Both the position numbers and the translations under genes were made by a program. 32,000 bases of DNA from Halogeometricum borinquense DSM 11551 (GTDB lineage: Archaea; Halobacteriota; Halobacteria; Halobacteriales; Haloferacaceae), in NCBI RefSeq assembly GCF_000172995.2, contig NC_014729.1, positions 1,110,001 to 1,142,000 of the forward strand. The letters run 5' to 3'. Below the pieces are notes generated by a model. It searched no databases. It was not told the DNA's origin and saw only the letters and a program-made list of their open reading frames with translations. This document shows, one piece after another, positions 17,732-25,835 of the stretch. The number at the start of each line of letters is the position of its first letter. Within the stretch, counting starts at the first letter, position 1.

Positions 17732-18367
17732 TCAGGTGTCGCGGCCGACGAATGTCTTGTACTTCAGATCGTCGTCGCGGAGCTCTTCCATGATCCGTTC
17801 GACCAACACGTCACGGGGATGGTGCAGACCCGACACGCGGTCTTCGAGGTCCTCGAAGCTCTCGTAAGGGCCGCGTTTGCGTTCGTCGAGAATGTTATTC
17901 CGCAGTTTCTTCCCGATGCCCGGCAAGAGGTTCAGCTGGTGCAAACGGAGCGTAATGGGCTGTGCGTCGTTGTAGAAGTCCACGAAGCGGCGTTCGTTCT
18001 CTTCGACAATGTCCTCGACGACGTACTCTAACTCCGAGAGAGCGGTATTAGACAGGTCGTCGTACTCCACTTCACGGAGTTCCTCGACGGCATCGCGTTC
18101 CTCGGATGGGAAGACAACCACTCGGTCACCGATAGAGATGTCCGATTCGTCACCGAGCCGCAGCTCGAAGAGACGGAAGTCCCGCTCGCCCAGGGCGTAC
18201 GCAAGCGGTGACTTCTTGTACCGTGGCCGGTCGTCATCCGGCTGTCCGTGGGGGAGGTGGTCGAGGACGACAGCGAACTCCGCGTCCTCGGTCGTCGCGT
18301 CGGCGCCGTTCTCGGTCTCATCGACCGACGTGTCGGGGTCGGCGTCTCCGCTCTCAGCGCTTGTCAT
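17732..18367 (-). CDS. DUF655-family protein (predicted RNA-binding, OB + HhH) with an acidic N-terminal tail
   Basis: Conserved archaeal position between rpoF and ksgA. The C-terminal HhH-like segment is RLHQLNLLPGIGKKLRNNILDER. The TATA box lies about 28 nt upstream of ATG 18367. Confidence 0.8.
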   Translation of the reverse strand: MTSAESGDADPDTSVDETENGADATTEDAEFAVVLDHLPHGQPDDDRPRYKKSPLAYALGERDFRLFELRLGDESDISIGDRVVVFPSEERDAVEELREVEYDDLSNTALSELEYVVEDIVEENERRFVDFYNDAQPITLRLHQLNLLPGIGKKLRNNILDERKRGPYESFEDLEDRVSGLHHPRDVLVERIMEELRDDDLKYKTFVGRDT

Positions 18368-18375
18368 GTCAATGG

Positions 18376-18400
18376 ATACGCCGACGGCGTATTTAAAAAG
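18376..18400 (-). promoter_or_regulatory. TATA box (CTTTTTAAAT on the minus strand) plus a 17-nt perfect palindrome, upstream of DUF655
   Basis: ATACGCCG-A-CGGCGTAT (18376-18392) fills the space between the TATA box (18391-18400) and the start codon at 18367. Confidence 0.4.
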
Positions 18401-18431
18401 TTGGCCGTCTCAGACGAGCGGTTGTCATTTC

Positions 18432-18457
18432 GTCCCGGAGAGCGCGCTCACCGGGAC
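18432..18457. repeat. 26-nt near-perfect palindrome GTCCCGGaGAGCGCGCTCaCCGGGAC
   Basis: 24 of 26 positions are self-complementary. It lies in the rpoF-DUF655 spacer, downstream of a T4 tract on the minus strand (plus-strand AAAACGGG at about 18471-18478). Confidence 0.6.
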
Positions 18458-18489
18458 AGCGATCATCGGAAAACGGGAGAACCGCTGTA

Positions 18490-18846
18490 TTAGGCGTACT
18501 TCGCCACGACGTTCAGAATCTCGTCGAGTTCGTCGCCGTCAAGCGCATATCGCTCTTGGGCGTAGACGGCGCGGAGTTCGTCCCGACTCTGCGGGAGCAG
18601 GTCCGCGATTTTGAACGCAGTCACCTCGTCCACCTTCTCTAGTTCGAGGAGGTCTTCGACGAGTTCGACCGACTCCTCGGGGTCGAGGAAGGCGAAACGG
18701 TTCACGTGTTCGATAGCGCGAGCGAGTTCGTAGCGGAGTTCACGCTCTTCGTCCGCGGCGCGTTCGGCCTCGACGTCTTCGAGGAGCTCTTTGACCTCAC
18801 TCGTGGTGAGATACTCCTCGTGTACCTTCTCTTTGAAGATGGTCAT
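18490..18846 (-). CDS. rpoF: DNA-directed RNA polymerase subunit F (Rpo4)
   Basis: MTIFKEKVHEEYLTTSEVKELLEDVEAERA... Small acidic helical protein in the conserved position after rpl21e. Confidence 0.85.
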   Translation of the reverse strand: MTIFKEKVHEEYLTTSEVKELLEDVEAERAADEERELRYELARAIEHVNRFAFLDPEESVELVEDLLELEKVDEVTAFKIADLLPQSRDELRAVYAQERYALDGDELDEILNVVAKYA

Positions 18847-18858
18847 CGGCGGAGAGAG

Positions 18859-19149
18859 TTACTGCTGAGCGCGCAGGTGAGCGGGTCGGACGATGAGCGT
18901 CTTGTCCTTGCCACCGTCGTTGATCTGGACCTTGAACGCACGGCCCTGTTTACCGATCACTTCGCCGGTGTGACCGTTGAAGCGCGGGTGGAAACGACCC
19001 TTACGAACGCTGGGGTCGATTTTCAGGTGGACCTTCTGGCCCTCGTCGTACTCCTGAATCGCTCGCTGCGGCGGGGAGGTGCCACGCTCGCGGGGTTTGT
19101 TCGACAGCTTTCCTCGCGTCCCGTGAAGCGGACCGTTGGAACTCGGCAT
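18859..19149 (-). CDS. rpl21e: 50S ribosomal protein L21e
   Basis: I set the start at ATG 19149 ([23 protein letters not shown]...). The TTTTATAA box at about 19170-19178 lies about 25 nt upstream. Confidence 0.95.
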   Translation of the reverse strand: MPSSNGPLHGTRGKLSNKPRERGTSPPQRAIQEYDEGQKVHLKIDPSVRKGRFHPRFNGHTGEVIGKQGRAFKVQINDGGKDKTLIVRPAHLRAQQ

Positions 19150-19284
19150 AGTCGTGAGGCAGAATACTGGTGACGCAGTTATAAAACGCACGTTCCTGTC
19201 TCGCGCGTGCGGGACCGTGGCGCGACTGGTGCATCGTCACCCAGAAGGGCAAGAGTCAGGCCCGTCCCCCGAGACGACTCCCGT

Positions 19285-20448
19285 ATGGACGACGACAGTA
19301 CTCATCGAATCGAGACGCGCGCGATTCACGCCGGACAAGACCCTGACGAGGAGACGGGTGCCCTGATGACGCCTATCTACGCCAACTCGACGTACGTGCA
19401 AGATGGACCGGGCGACCACCGCGGCTACGAGTACTCGCGGACGGGGAACCCGACGCGGTCGGACCTCGAAGACAACCTCGCCGCCCTCGAAGGCGGGGAG
19501 TTCGGTCGCGCGTTCTCCTCGGGAATGGGGGGAATTAACACAGTTCTCAATCTGCTTGAAGCGGGCGACCACGTCGTAACCGGTGACGACGTGTACGGCG
19601 GTACACACCGTATCTTCACGCAGGTGTACGACAAGTACGACCTCTCTTTCGACTTCGTAGACACCACCGACCACGATGCCGTGGCCGATGCGATGCGCGA
19701 AGAGACGGCGCTGTTGTGGGCTGAGACGCCGACAAATCCGCTGATGCGTGTCAACGACATCTCGGCACTCGCGGACCTCGCACACGAGTACGACGCGCTC
19801 TGCGCCGTTGACAACACGTTCGCCACGCCGTACCTCCAGCGACCGCTCGAACACGGTGCGGATATCGTCTCGCATTCGCTGACGAAGTACCTCGGTGGCC
19901 ACTCTGACGTTGTCGCGGGCGCGCTCATCACCGACGACGAGGAACTGGACGAAGAGATCGGATTCTACCAGAACTCCGTCGGCGCGACGCCGTCGCCGTT
20001 CGACTGTTTCCTCGTCCTCCGCGGAACGAAAACGCTTGGCGTCCGGATGGACCGCCACTGCGAGAACGCAAGCGAACTCGCTCGCTGGCTGGATGACCAC
20101 GACGCCGTCTCCGACGTGTACTACCCCGGTCTGGAGTCGCACCCGCAACACGAACTCGCAGCCGAACAGATGGACGACTTCGGTGGAATGCTCTCGTTCG
20201 AGGTTGACGGGACGCTTGAACAGGCCTCCACCGTCGTCGAGGAGACGGACGTGTTCACGCTTGCAGAGAGTCTCGGCGGCGTCGAGAGCCTCATCGAACA
20301 GCCCGCAGCGATGACGCACGCAGCCATCCCACGCGAGGAACGACTCGAAGCGGGCCTCACCGACGGCCTCGTCCGCGTCTCAGTTGGAATCGAACACGTG
20401 GACGATATGAAGGCGGATCTCGACGCCGCGTTCGACGCCGCATTCTAG
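19285..20448 (+). CDS. Cys/Met-metabolism PLP-dependent enzyme (cystathionine gamma-synthase/lyase family)
   Basis: I set the start at ATG 19285 (MDDDSTHRIETRAIHAGQ). PLP-lysine motif SLTKYLGGHSD. Also YSRTGNPT. Confidence 0.9.
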   Translation: MDDDSTHRIETRAIHAGQDPDEETGALMTPIYANSTYVQDGPGDHRGYEYSRTGNPTRSDLEDNLAALEGGEFGRAFSSGMGGINTVLNLLEAGDHVVTGDDVYGGTHRIFTQVYDKYDLSFDFVDTTDHDAVADAMREETALLWAETPTNPLMRVNDISALADLAHEYDALCAVDNTFATPYLQRPLEHGADIVSHSLTKYLGGHSDVVAGALITDDEELDEEIGFYQNSVGATPSPFDCFLVLRGTKTLGVRMDRHCENASELARWLDDHDAVSDVYYPGLESHPQHELAAEQMDDFGGMLSFEVDGTLEQASTVVEETDVFTLAESLGGVESLIEQPAAMTHAAIPREERLEAGLTDGLVRVSVGIEHVDDMKADLDAAFDAAF

Positions 20449-20530
20449 CGCCGCCGCTTTCGACTATTGATCATCGTCTTTTATCTGAAAACGCGGTAAA
20501 CATAACACACTGGCGAGAGTACGACGACAT

Positions 20531-20812
20531 ATGGCACAAGAACTTGCTGTTGAGAGCAGCAACCGTTCCGGCGAGCAGACGGTGGTGGAGTACGAGTCGT
20601 CGTCCGAGGAGCCTCCGGCCGGCGCGTCGAGTCACCTCGCGGAGCGGTTCGGGGTCGGTACTGCTGCCGGTATCCTCCTCGGTGCCGTCATCGGGGTCGC
20701 CCTCATGTGGATACTCGGTACCAGTTCAGTTTTCACGCTGCTGGTCGCAGTCGGGATTGGATTCATCCTCTCTCCGGTCGTCGGCGTCCTCTTCGCTGAA
20801 CGTAGCGAGTAG
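20531..20812 (+). CDS. Hypothetical small membrane protein (acidic N-terminus, two TM helices)
   Basis: 93-aa ORF with GILLGAVIGVALMWILG and VFTLLVAVGIGFILSPVVGVLF. An AT-rich box (TAAACATA, about 20499-20506) lies about 29 nt upstream. Confidence 0.5.
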   Translation: MAQELAVESSNRSGEQTVVEYESSSEEPPAGASSHLAERFGVGTAAGILLGAVIGVALMWILGTSSVFTLLVAVGIGFILSPVVGVLFAERSE

Positions 20813-20882
20813 CCGAATCACCCCGAGAACACCGATATCTCTCCGTAGAAGCGCCGCTCCAGATCTGTAGCATACAGCAACG

Positions 20883-20924
20883 ACTGCAACTGCTTGCAGT
20901 GTTACTGAACGAGAAAAGTCGTTC
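20883..20924 (-). terminator. Two hairpins downstream of aEF-1beta
   Basis: Minus-strand RNA forms GAACGA-CUUUUC-UCGUUC (20907-20924), then ACUGCAA-GCAG-UUGCAGU (20883-20900). The terminator role is inferred only. Confidence 0.3.
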
Positions 20925-20932
20925 GAGCCGAC

Positions 20933-21199
20933 TTAGATGCGGCCGACGTTTTCGACGGAGACGCTTTCGACGCCGTCTACGTCCGAGAACGCCTCTTCGA
21001 CGGCTTCCGTGCCGCCCGCGTCGTCGGGGACGATGACCGTCGGCAGGAGGGCGACGAGGCCGAATGCGACATCGTCACGCTCGAAGCCGTTGATCTTCGC
21101 GCCTTCGGGAAGCGAGTCTTCGAGACGCTCCTGAAGCTCGTCGAGGTCGATTTCGGGGCTGTTCGGCATGACCTTCATTTTGGAAGCTACTTTTCCCAT
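20933..21199 (-). CDS. ef1b: Translation elongation factor aEF-1 beta
   Basis: I set the start at ATG 21199 ([26 protein letters not shown]...). This is the typical 88-aa aEF-1beta. Confidence 0.9.
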   Translation of the reverse strand: MGKVASKMKVMPNSPEIDLDELQERLEDSLPEGAKINGFERDDVAFGLVALLPTVIVPDDAGGTEAVEEAFSDVDGVESVSVENVGRI

Positions 21200-21201
21200 A
21201 T

Positions 21202-21381
21202 TTACGGACCCATGAAGCCGCAGTCGGGACACTCATAGAGGTTGCTCTGCTTTCGACACTTCGCACAGCGCGAAATCTCGGTGTCGCACTCCGGGCAGTC
21301 GAACGTCGCCGCGCTCATGCCGGAGATGTTGATCCCGCAGGACACGCACTGTCTCGCGTGTCGCTGGTCGGACTGGCTCAT
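21202..21381 (-). CDS. 59-aa zinc-finger micro-protein with four CxxC motifs (COG2888 / HVO_2753-like), not in the ORF track
   Basis: My own translation gives [59 protein letters not shown]. The stop lies 2 nt before the aEF-1beta start. Confidence 0.8.
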   Translation of the reverse strand: MSQSDQRHARQCVSCGINISGMSAATFDCPECDTEISRCAKCRKQSNLYECPDCGFMGP

Positions 21382-21391
21382 ACGGCTACCA

Positions 21392-21422
21392 ACCCATCCG
21401 CGACTTTTAACGGTTGTCTTTC
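21392..21422 (-). promoter_or_regulatory. Promoter block GAAAGAcAACCGTTAAAAGTCGCGGAtGGGT (copy 1)
   Basis: It ends exactly 10 nt upstream of ATG 21381. 29 of 31 positions are identical to the block upstream of rpl11. TTAAAA ends 23 nt before the ATG, which fits leaderless geometry. Confidence 0.55.
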
Positions 21423-21426
21423 CGAT

Positions 21427-22749
21427 TCATCCGAGTACGATGGGGCCGACTAGCACCCCCATCAGGTGAACGCGACGAACACCCAGACGCGGCGGAAGAA
21501 GGCCGAGCAGTGCGGCGACGGCGAAGACGCACAGACCAGTGACTCCGGCAAAGACGCCGGCGAGCACCCACAGTACGGCGAGAATGGTCGCAGAGAGCGG
21601 ACGGTGCGGCAGTCGTCGCACGACGGTTAGATAGCGGTCGCCGAGGACGGGAACGAGTATCGCACCGACACCCGCAGCGAAGACGAGGACTGCGAGGGCC
21701 GTCACCGACCCGAACGGCGACCCGCCGCCACCGACGGATGCGAGTGCGACAGCAACGCCGCTTCGTTCGTCGCCAACCACGACGAGTGCCGCGGCCGCGA
21801 AGACGGCTGTCGCCGTGTCCGCACCGCTGGTCGCTACGATGTACTGGCGGTCGATCCGATCAGCGTCACTTTCATCACCGGGACGACTGTCACCGCCAAC
21901 GCCGCCGAGTGCGAGGACCGTCGCCACGCCCGCCGAGACGCCCGGTAGGTAGCCGACGAGCGCGCCGCCACCCACACCAGAGACCGCCGCTCGGAGCGTC
22001 TCCCGCAGTGAGAGCGCTGCTTTTGTCCCGTCCTGTGGTGGGATTGTCCCACGTCCGTCGAGCGAATCAATGAGGACAGGCGCGCCGAACAATCCGGCGA
22101 ACAACGGCGCAAGCATTGACGCGGCCGACGATGGAACGAGCGATCCCGCAGTGGGCAAATCGAGCGTGAGCGTGCCGAGTGCCGTGGCGAGTGTGAAACA
22201 CGCGACGCCACCGGTGCGCCGTCGCCACGTCGGTTCGGCGGCGACGAGGAGGACGATGACGACGGCGAGGATGAGGGGGAGCGCTGCGTATAACTGCTCG
22301 CGCCCGGTGGCGACGAAATGCGAGAGGGGCAATGCGAGTGGCACTGCACACGCGACGGCGACACCGCTTCCGACGGCCGACAGGCGGATCGCCTCGCGTC
22401 CACGTCCGGCGAGGACCAGTCGGTGACCGGGCAACGACCCGACTGCCGTTGCGGCGTCGGGGACGCCGAGGACGAGCGCTGGAACCACGTCAAGAAACGT
22501 GTGCACGACGCCCGCCGCGATGACGGCGGTCCCAATCGCTGTTGGCGGCGCCGTGATCGTTGGTGCGACCGCCGCCAACAGGAGCGCGAGTGCGTTGACG
22601 TGCAACCCCGGGACGAGTCCGCTCACTGTTCCGAGGAAGACACCGCCGACGGCGAACCCGAGGGTCACGGCAGCAGGGTGTGACCACAGTGCGGCGATGA
22701 CCGGGAGCGACCACGGGATGGCAGGTAGTTGAACCAGCGAGACGGGCAT
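21427..22749 (-). CDS. TctA-like (DUF112) polytopic membrane protein
   Basis: 440 aa, very hydrophobic, with repeated G/A-rich TM segments and the motif GLVPGLHVNALALLLAA. A TATA-like GTTCAAATACG (minus strand, plus-strand coordinates about 22773-22783) is centred about 29 nt upstream of ATG 22749. Confidence 0.75.
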   Translation of the reverse strand: MPVSLVQLPAIPWSLPVIAALWSHPAAVTLGFAVGGVFLGTVSGLVPGLHVNALALLLAAVAPTITAPPTAIGTAVIAAGVVHTFLDVVPALVLGVPDAATAVGSLPGHRLVLAGRGREAIRLSAVGSGVAVACAVPLALPLSHFVATGREQLYAALPLILAVVIVLLVAAEPTWRRRTGGVACFTLATALGTLTLDLPTAGSLVPSSAASMLAPLFAGLFGAPVLIDSLDGRGTIPPQDGTKAALSLRETLRAAVSGVGGGALVGYLPGVSAGVATVLALGGVGGDSRPGDESDADRIDRQYIVATSGADTATAVFAAAALVVVGDERSGVAVALASVGGGGSPFGSVTALAVLVFAAGVGAILVPVLGDRYLTVVRRLPHRPLSATILAVLWVLAGVFAGVTGLCVFAVAALLGLLPPRLGVRRVHLMGVLVGPIVLG

Positions 22750-22889
22750 CTGCGCGTGCTGGCCGCCCGCTCGTATTTGAACGTTCGGTGGGAGCGAGGA
22801 GTTCGGTGGAGGCCAAGCAAGGCGGTCGTCGCAGGAATCGAGCGGGAACGAACAATCAACCCAAAGCCGTCGCTCACGACGTTACTGCC

Positions 22890-22895
22890 AAAAAA
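22890..22895 (-). terminator. T6 tract downstream of rpl12 (end of the rpl1-rpl10-rpl12 operon)
   Basis: Plus-strand AAAAAA is U6 on the transcript, about 60 nt after the rpl12 stop. A small hairpin ACGUCC-loop-GGACGU (22925-22940) lies between them. Confidence 0.4.
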
Positions 22896-22956
22896 TTCGG
22901 ATTGTACTGACGATTCGAAGGGCGACGTCCGGATGGACGTGCGAACTGCGTCGGGT

Positions 22957-23289
22957 TTAGCCGAAGAGTTCGCCGAGACCTTCGCCGGAGGCCTCTTCGT
23001 CTTCCTCTTCTTCTTCTGCGGCTTCTTCTTCTTCCTCGCCGCCTTCGTCATCGTCGTCGTCGCCAGCGGCTTCGACTTCGCCACCAGCACCGCCCGCGGC
23101 GGGCGCGGGTGCGGCGGCAGCCGTCTCGACAGCTTCCTCGATGTCGACGTCTTCCAGCGCGGCGACGAGCGCCTTGACGCGGGATTCCTCGACGTCAACA
23201 CCGGCGGATTCGAGCACTGCGGTGACGTTCTCTTCGTTGACCTCTTCGTCCGATTCGTTCAGGATGAGAGCTGCGTAAACGTATTCCAT
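22957..23289 (-). CDS. rpl12: 50S ribosomal stalk protein P1 (L12e)
   Basis: [31 protein letters not shown]..., with an acidic tail ending GEGLGELFG. Confidence 0.95.
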   Translation of the reverse strand: MEYVYAALILNESDEEVNEENVTAVLESAGVDVEESRVKALVAALEDVDIEEAVETAAAAPAPAAGGAGGEVEAAGDDDDDEGGEEEEEAAEEEEEDEEASGEGLGELFG

Positions 23290-23307
23290 TGTTATCTTCC
23301 TCGTTGA

Positions 23308-24351
23308 TTATCCGAACATCGCGCCGAGGCCTTCAGCACCGTCTCCGTCGTCTTCATCGTCGTCGTCGGTGTCGTCGGCTTCGGCTTCAGTATCTTCTTC
23401 GTCAGTCGATTCGTCTTCGTCCGCCTCGTCGGCGGGCGCCGCTGCGGGCGCTTCGACGCCGCGGAGTTCCTCAGGGAGGGCCTCCTCGTCGTCAATCTGC
23501 GCTGCAAGCGTGCGGAGCTGCGCATCTGCCTTGGCGATGAGGTCCGGAACGAGTTCGGGATCCTCGATGGCGGCGAACAGGCCGAGGGCCTTCGCCTCGC
23601 CGGCGGCTTTTGCGAGCATCGTGGGTGCGGTCTGCGCCGTGGGGTAGCCCGCGTTGATCGAAAGGTTGCGGGCACCGGCCGCGGCGGACTGGATGTCCGC
23701 GCGGTACTCCTCGACGTCGATTGCGAGCTCGTCGGGTTCGAACAGGACGCCTTCAGAGTAGACGCCACGAAGGTCGAGACCGACCTCCTTGGGTTCGATT
23801 CCGAGCTCGTTCAGGACGTTTGAGAGTTCCTCGGAGACGACTTCACCTTCATCGAGGACGTGGGAGTCCTCGGTGACTTTGATGGAGCCCTCCATAATGC
23901 GGGCGGACGCACCGACCTGCTGGAGTTCACCAACGAAGGGACCCGGATCGACACCGGTGTCACCCTCGGGGATGACGATGTCGTTCGGGGCGACTTCGCC
24001 CGCGTTGATGGGTGCAGGCGTCTTCGACGCTTCGAGCTGCTTGTACAGGCCGAACGGGTTGTCGTTCGTCCCGACAAGTGCGACCTGTCCGTAGACGTAG
24101 TCGGTCAGCTCTTCGAGGCCGTCGTTGACCTGTTCGAGCGCGCGGGTGACGAGCGTGTTTCGGCTCATCCGAAGCTCCGCGCTTCCGTGAAGATCCCGAC
24201 GCATGCTCTGCAGCTGGCGGCTCGGGATGCCGGTGACGCTGACGACGCCGACGGACTGGTACTCTTCGAGGAAGTCGGTGAGTTCACCGACTTCGATGCG
24301 TTTCCACTCGGGGATGGTCTCTGTCTTGCGGACGGACTCGCTCTCGCTCAT
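23308..24351 (-). CDS. rpl10: 50S ribosomal stalk protein P0 (L10)
   Basis: [22 protein letters not shown]... with tail ...[14 protein letters not shown] overlap with the rpl1 stop. Confidence 0.95.
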   Translation of the reverse strand: MSESESVRKTETIPEWKRIEVGELTDFLEEYQSVGVVSVTGIPSRQLQSMRRDLHGSAELRMSRNTLVTRALEQVNDGLEELTDYVYGQVALVGTNDNPFGLYKQLEASKTPAPINAGEVAPNDIVIPEGDTGVDPGPFVGELQQVGASARIMEGSIKVTEDSHVLDEGEVVSEELSNVLNELGIEPKEVGLDLRGVYSEGVLFEPDELAIDVEEYRADIQSAAAGARNLSINAGYPTAQTAPTMLAKAAGEAKALGLFAAIEDPELVPDLIAKADAQLRTLAAQIDDEEALPEELRGVEAPAAAPADEADEDESTDEEDTEAEADDTDDDDEDDGDGAEGLGAMFG

Positions 24352-24986
24352 GCGCGTACCTCCACCGACGGACCCATCGTCGTCTTCACGAAGATCCCGT
24401 CAATGTTGAGGGGACCCTTCTCGAGTGTTGCCTCGAGACGACGAACGATGACGTCGATGTTCTCCGCGATTTCGTCGGCCGACATGTCCTCTGCACCCAC
24501 GCGGGTGTGGAACGTGCGGCGGTCACGACTGCGGAGTTGGACCGTGTTCTTCATCCGATTCACAACTTCGACCACGTCGTCGTCGGGTTGGAGCGGCGTC
24601 GGCATCTTCCCTCGTGGACCGAGAACGGTCCCGAGGTAACGGCCAATATCTTGCATCATGTTGGCCTCTGCCACGAAGAAGTCGATTTCGTCCGCGAGAT
24701 CTTTGGCGGCGTCCGTATCGTCTCCAAGGTCTTCGAGGTCGTCGCCGTCCATCACTTGGTCGGCAACCTCCTCAGCTTGAAGTGCGGTCTCGCCAGTCGC
24801 GAAGACGACAATCTTCGTCTCCTGTCCGGTGCCGGCCGGGAGCACGATGCTCTCGTCGACACGCTTCGACGGGTCGTTTAGGTCAAGGTCGCGCAGGTTG
24901 ATCGCAAGGTCAACCGTTTCGCGGAAGTTCCGCTCAGGTGCCTCGTCAAGTGCGCGAGAGACTGCGTCAACTATCGTATCTGCCAT
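24348..24986 (-). CDS. rpl1: 50S ribosomal protein L1
   Basis: [44 protein letters not shown]... Preceded by the SD GGAGGTGA. Confidence 0.95.
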   Translation of the reverse strand: MADTIVDAVSRALDEAPERNFRETVDLAINLRDLDLNDPSKRVDESIVLPAGTGQETKIVVFATGETALQAEEVADQVMDGDDLEDLGDDTDAAKDLADEIDFFVAEANMMQDIGRYLGTVLGPRGKMPTPLQPDDDVVEVVNRMKNTVQLRSRDRRTFHTRVGAEDMSADEIAENIDVIVRRLEATLEKGPLNIDGIFVKTTMGPSVEVRA

Positions 24987-25058
24987 TATTCACCTCCGTA
25001 GTACGCAGGATTGCTCCTACGGGTCAGTGAAACAGGCGTCTGCCTGCCTCGTCGGAGG
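24987..25058 (-). promoter_or_regulatory. Structured 5' leader of the rpl1-rpl10-rpl12 operon, with an anti-SD and two hairpins
   Basis: The RNA 5' end reads CCUCCG (plus-strand 25053-25058). It is complementary to CGGAGG, which covers the SD (24993-24998). Hairpins: CAGGC-AGAC-GCCUG (25033-25046) and CCGUAG...CUACGG (24996-25022). A TATA-like CTTAAG at 25075-25080 would put the TSS near the anti-SD. Confidence 0.45.
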
Positions 25059-25192
25059 CAACGGGAATGCCGGCCTTAAGTCCGTCGAAGCAATCGCCCA
25101 AGCGACTGGTATGAGGCCGTTACGCCGCGTCTCCGTGGGACGGGGGCGCATACAAGGCTGGTGACGGTACCGCCGCTCAGCGGTGAGGAATC

Positions 25193-25211
25193 AAAAAGGG
25201 AGTGCCGTCCC
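25193..25211 (-). terminator. rpl11 terminator candidate (short hairpin + U5)
   Basis: The transcript reads GGGA-CGGCAC-UCCC-UUUUU. The T tract lies about 36 nt after the rpl11 stop. Confidence 0.45.
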
Positions 25212-25232
25212 GCGGGAGCGGTCGAAGGGCGA

Positions 25233-25709
25233 TTATGCGACGAGTTGGTCGTCGTACTCGCCGTCGTCGATACGCTCTTTGAACTCGCGGGGGTCGTTCC
25301 CCTCGATGGTGACGCCGAGGGAGGTACAGGTCCCGACGACTTCCTTCGCAGCGTTCTTCGTGTCGTACGAGAGGAGGTCGGAGGACTTCTGCTCGGCAAT
25401 CTTTTTCACTTGGTCGAAGCTCAGGTCGGCGACGAAGTTCTCCTGGGGTTCGCCGGACCCGGTTTCGAAACCGGCTTCGTCCTTGATGAGTTCCGCCGTC
25501 GGCGGGACGCCGACTTCGATGGAGAACGAGCCGTCGTCGTCGTACTCGACCGTCACGGGCACTTCCATGCCGTCGAACGCGGCGGTCTCATCGTTAATTT
25601 CCTGCACGACGTCCTGCACGTTCACAGGCGTCGGGCCGAGTTCCGGTCCGAGCGGCGGACCGGGGTTGGCCTCCCCGCCGGGAACGAGCACTTCGATAGT
25701 TCCAGCCAT
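25233..25709 (-). CDS. rpl11: 50S ribosomal protein L11
   Basis: I set the start at ATG 25709 (MAGTIEVLVPGGEANPGPPLGPELGPTPVNV...). Confidence 0.95.
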   Translation of the reverse strand: MAGTIEVLVPGGEANPGPPLGPELGPTPVNVQDVVQEINDETAAFDGMEVPVTVEYDDDGSFSIEVGVPPTAELIKDEAGFETGSGEPQENFVADLSFDQVKKIAEQKSSDLLSYDTKNAAKEVVGTCTSLGVTIEGNDPREFKERIDDGEYDDQLVA

Positions 25710-25719
25710 ACCCCAAATC

Positions 25720-25750
25720 ACCCTTCCGCGACTTTTAACGGTTTTCTTTC
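25720..25750 (-). promoter_or_regulatory. Promoter block GAAAGAaAACCGTTAAAAGTCGCGGAaGGGT (copy 2)
   Basis: It ends exactly 10 nt upstream of ATG 25709. The central 19-mer is identical to 21397-21415. Confidence 0.55.
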
Positions 25751-25835
25751 GCGCTAACCGGCGTGCGTGGTAGGCCCATGCAGACGGCCGTCACCGCCGA
25801 GTACCGCGTCCGAGCGGTCGAGCGGCCAGAGTGGT

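Noticed and set aside
22985-23460. Runs of GAA/GAC/GAG-complement triplets (ttcttcttc, gtcgtcgtc) that look like simple tandem repeats.
   Set aside because: They encode the poly-acidic C-terminal tails of stalk proteins P1 and P0. They are compositional low complexity, not repeat elements or a CRISPR array.
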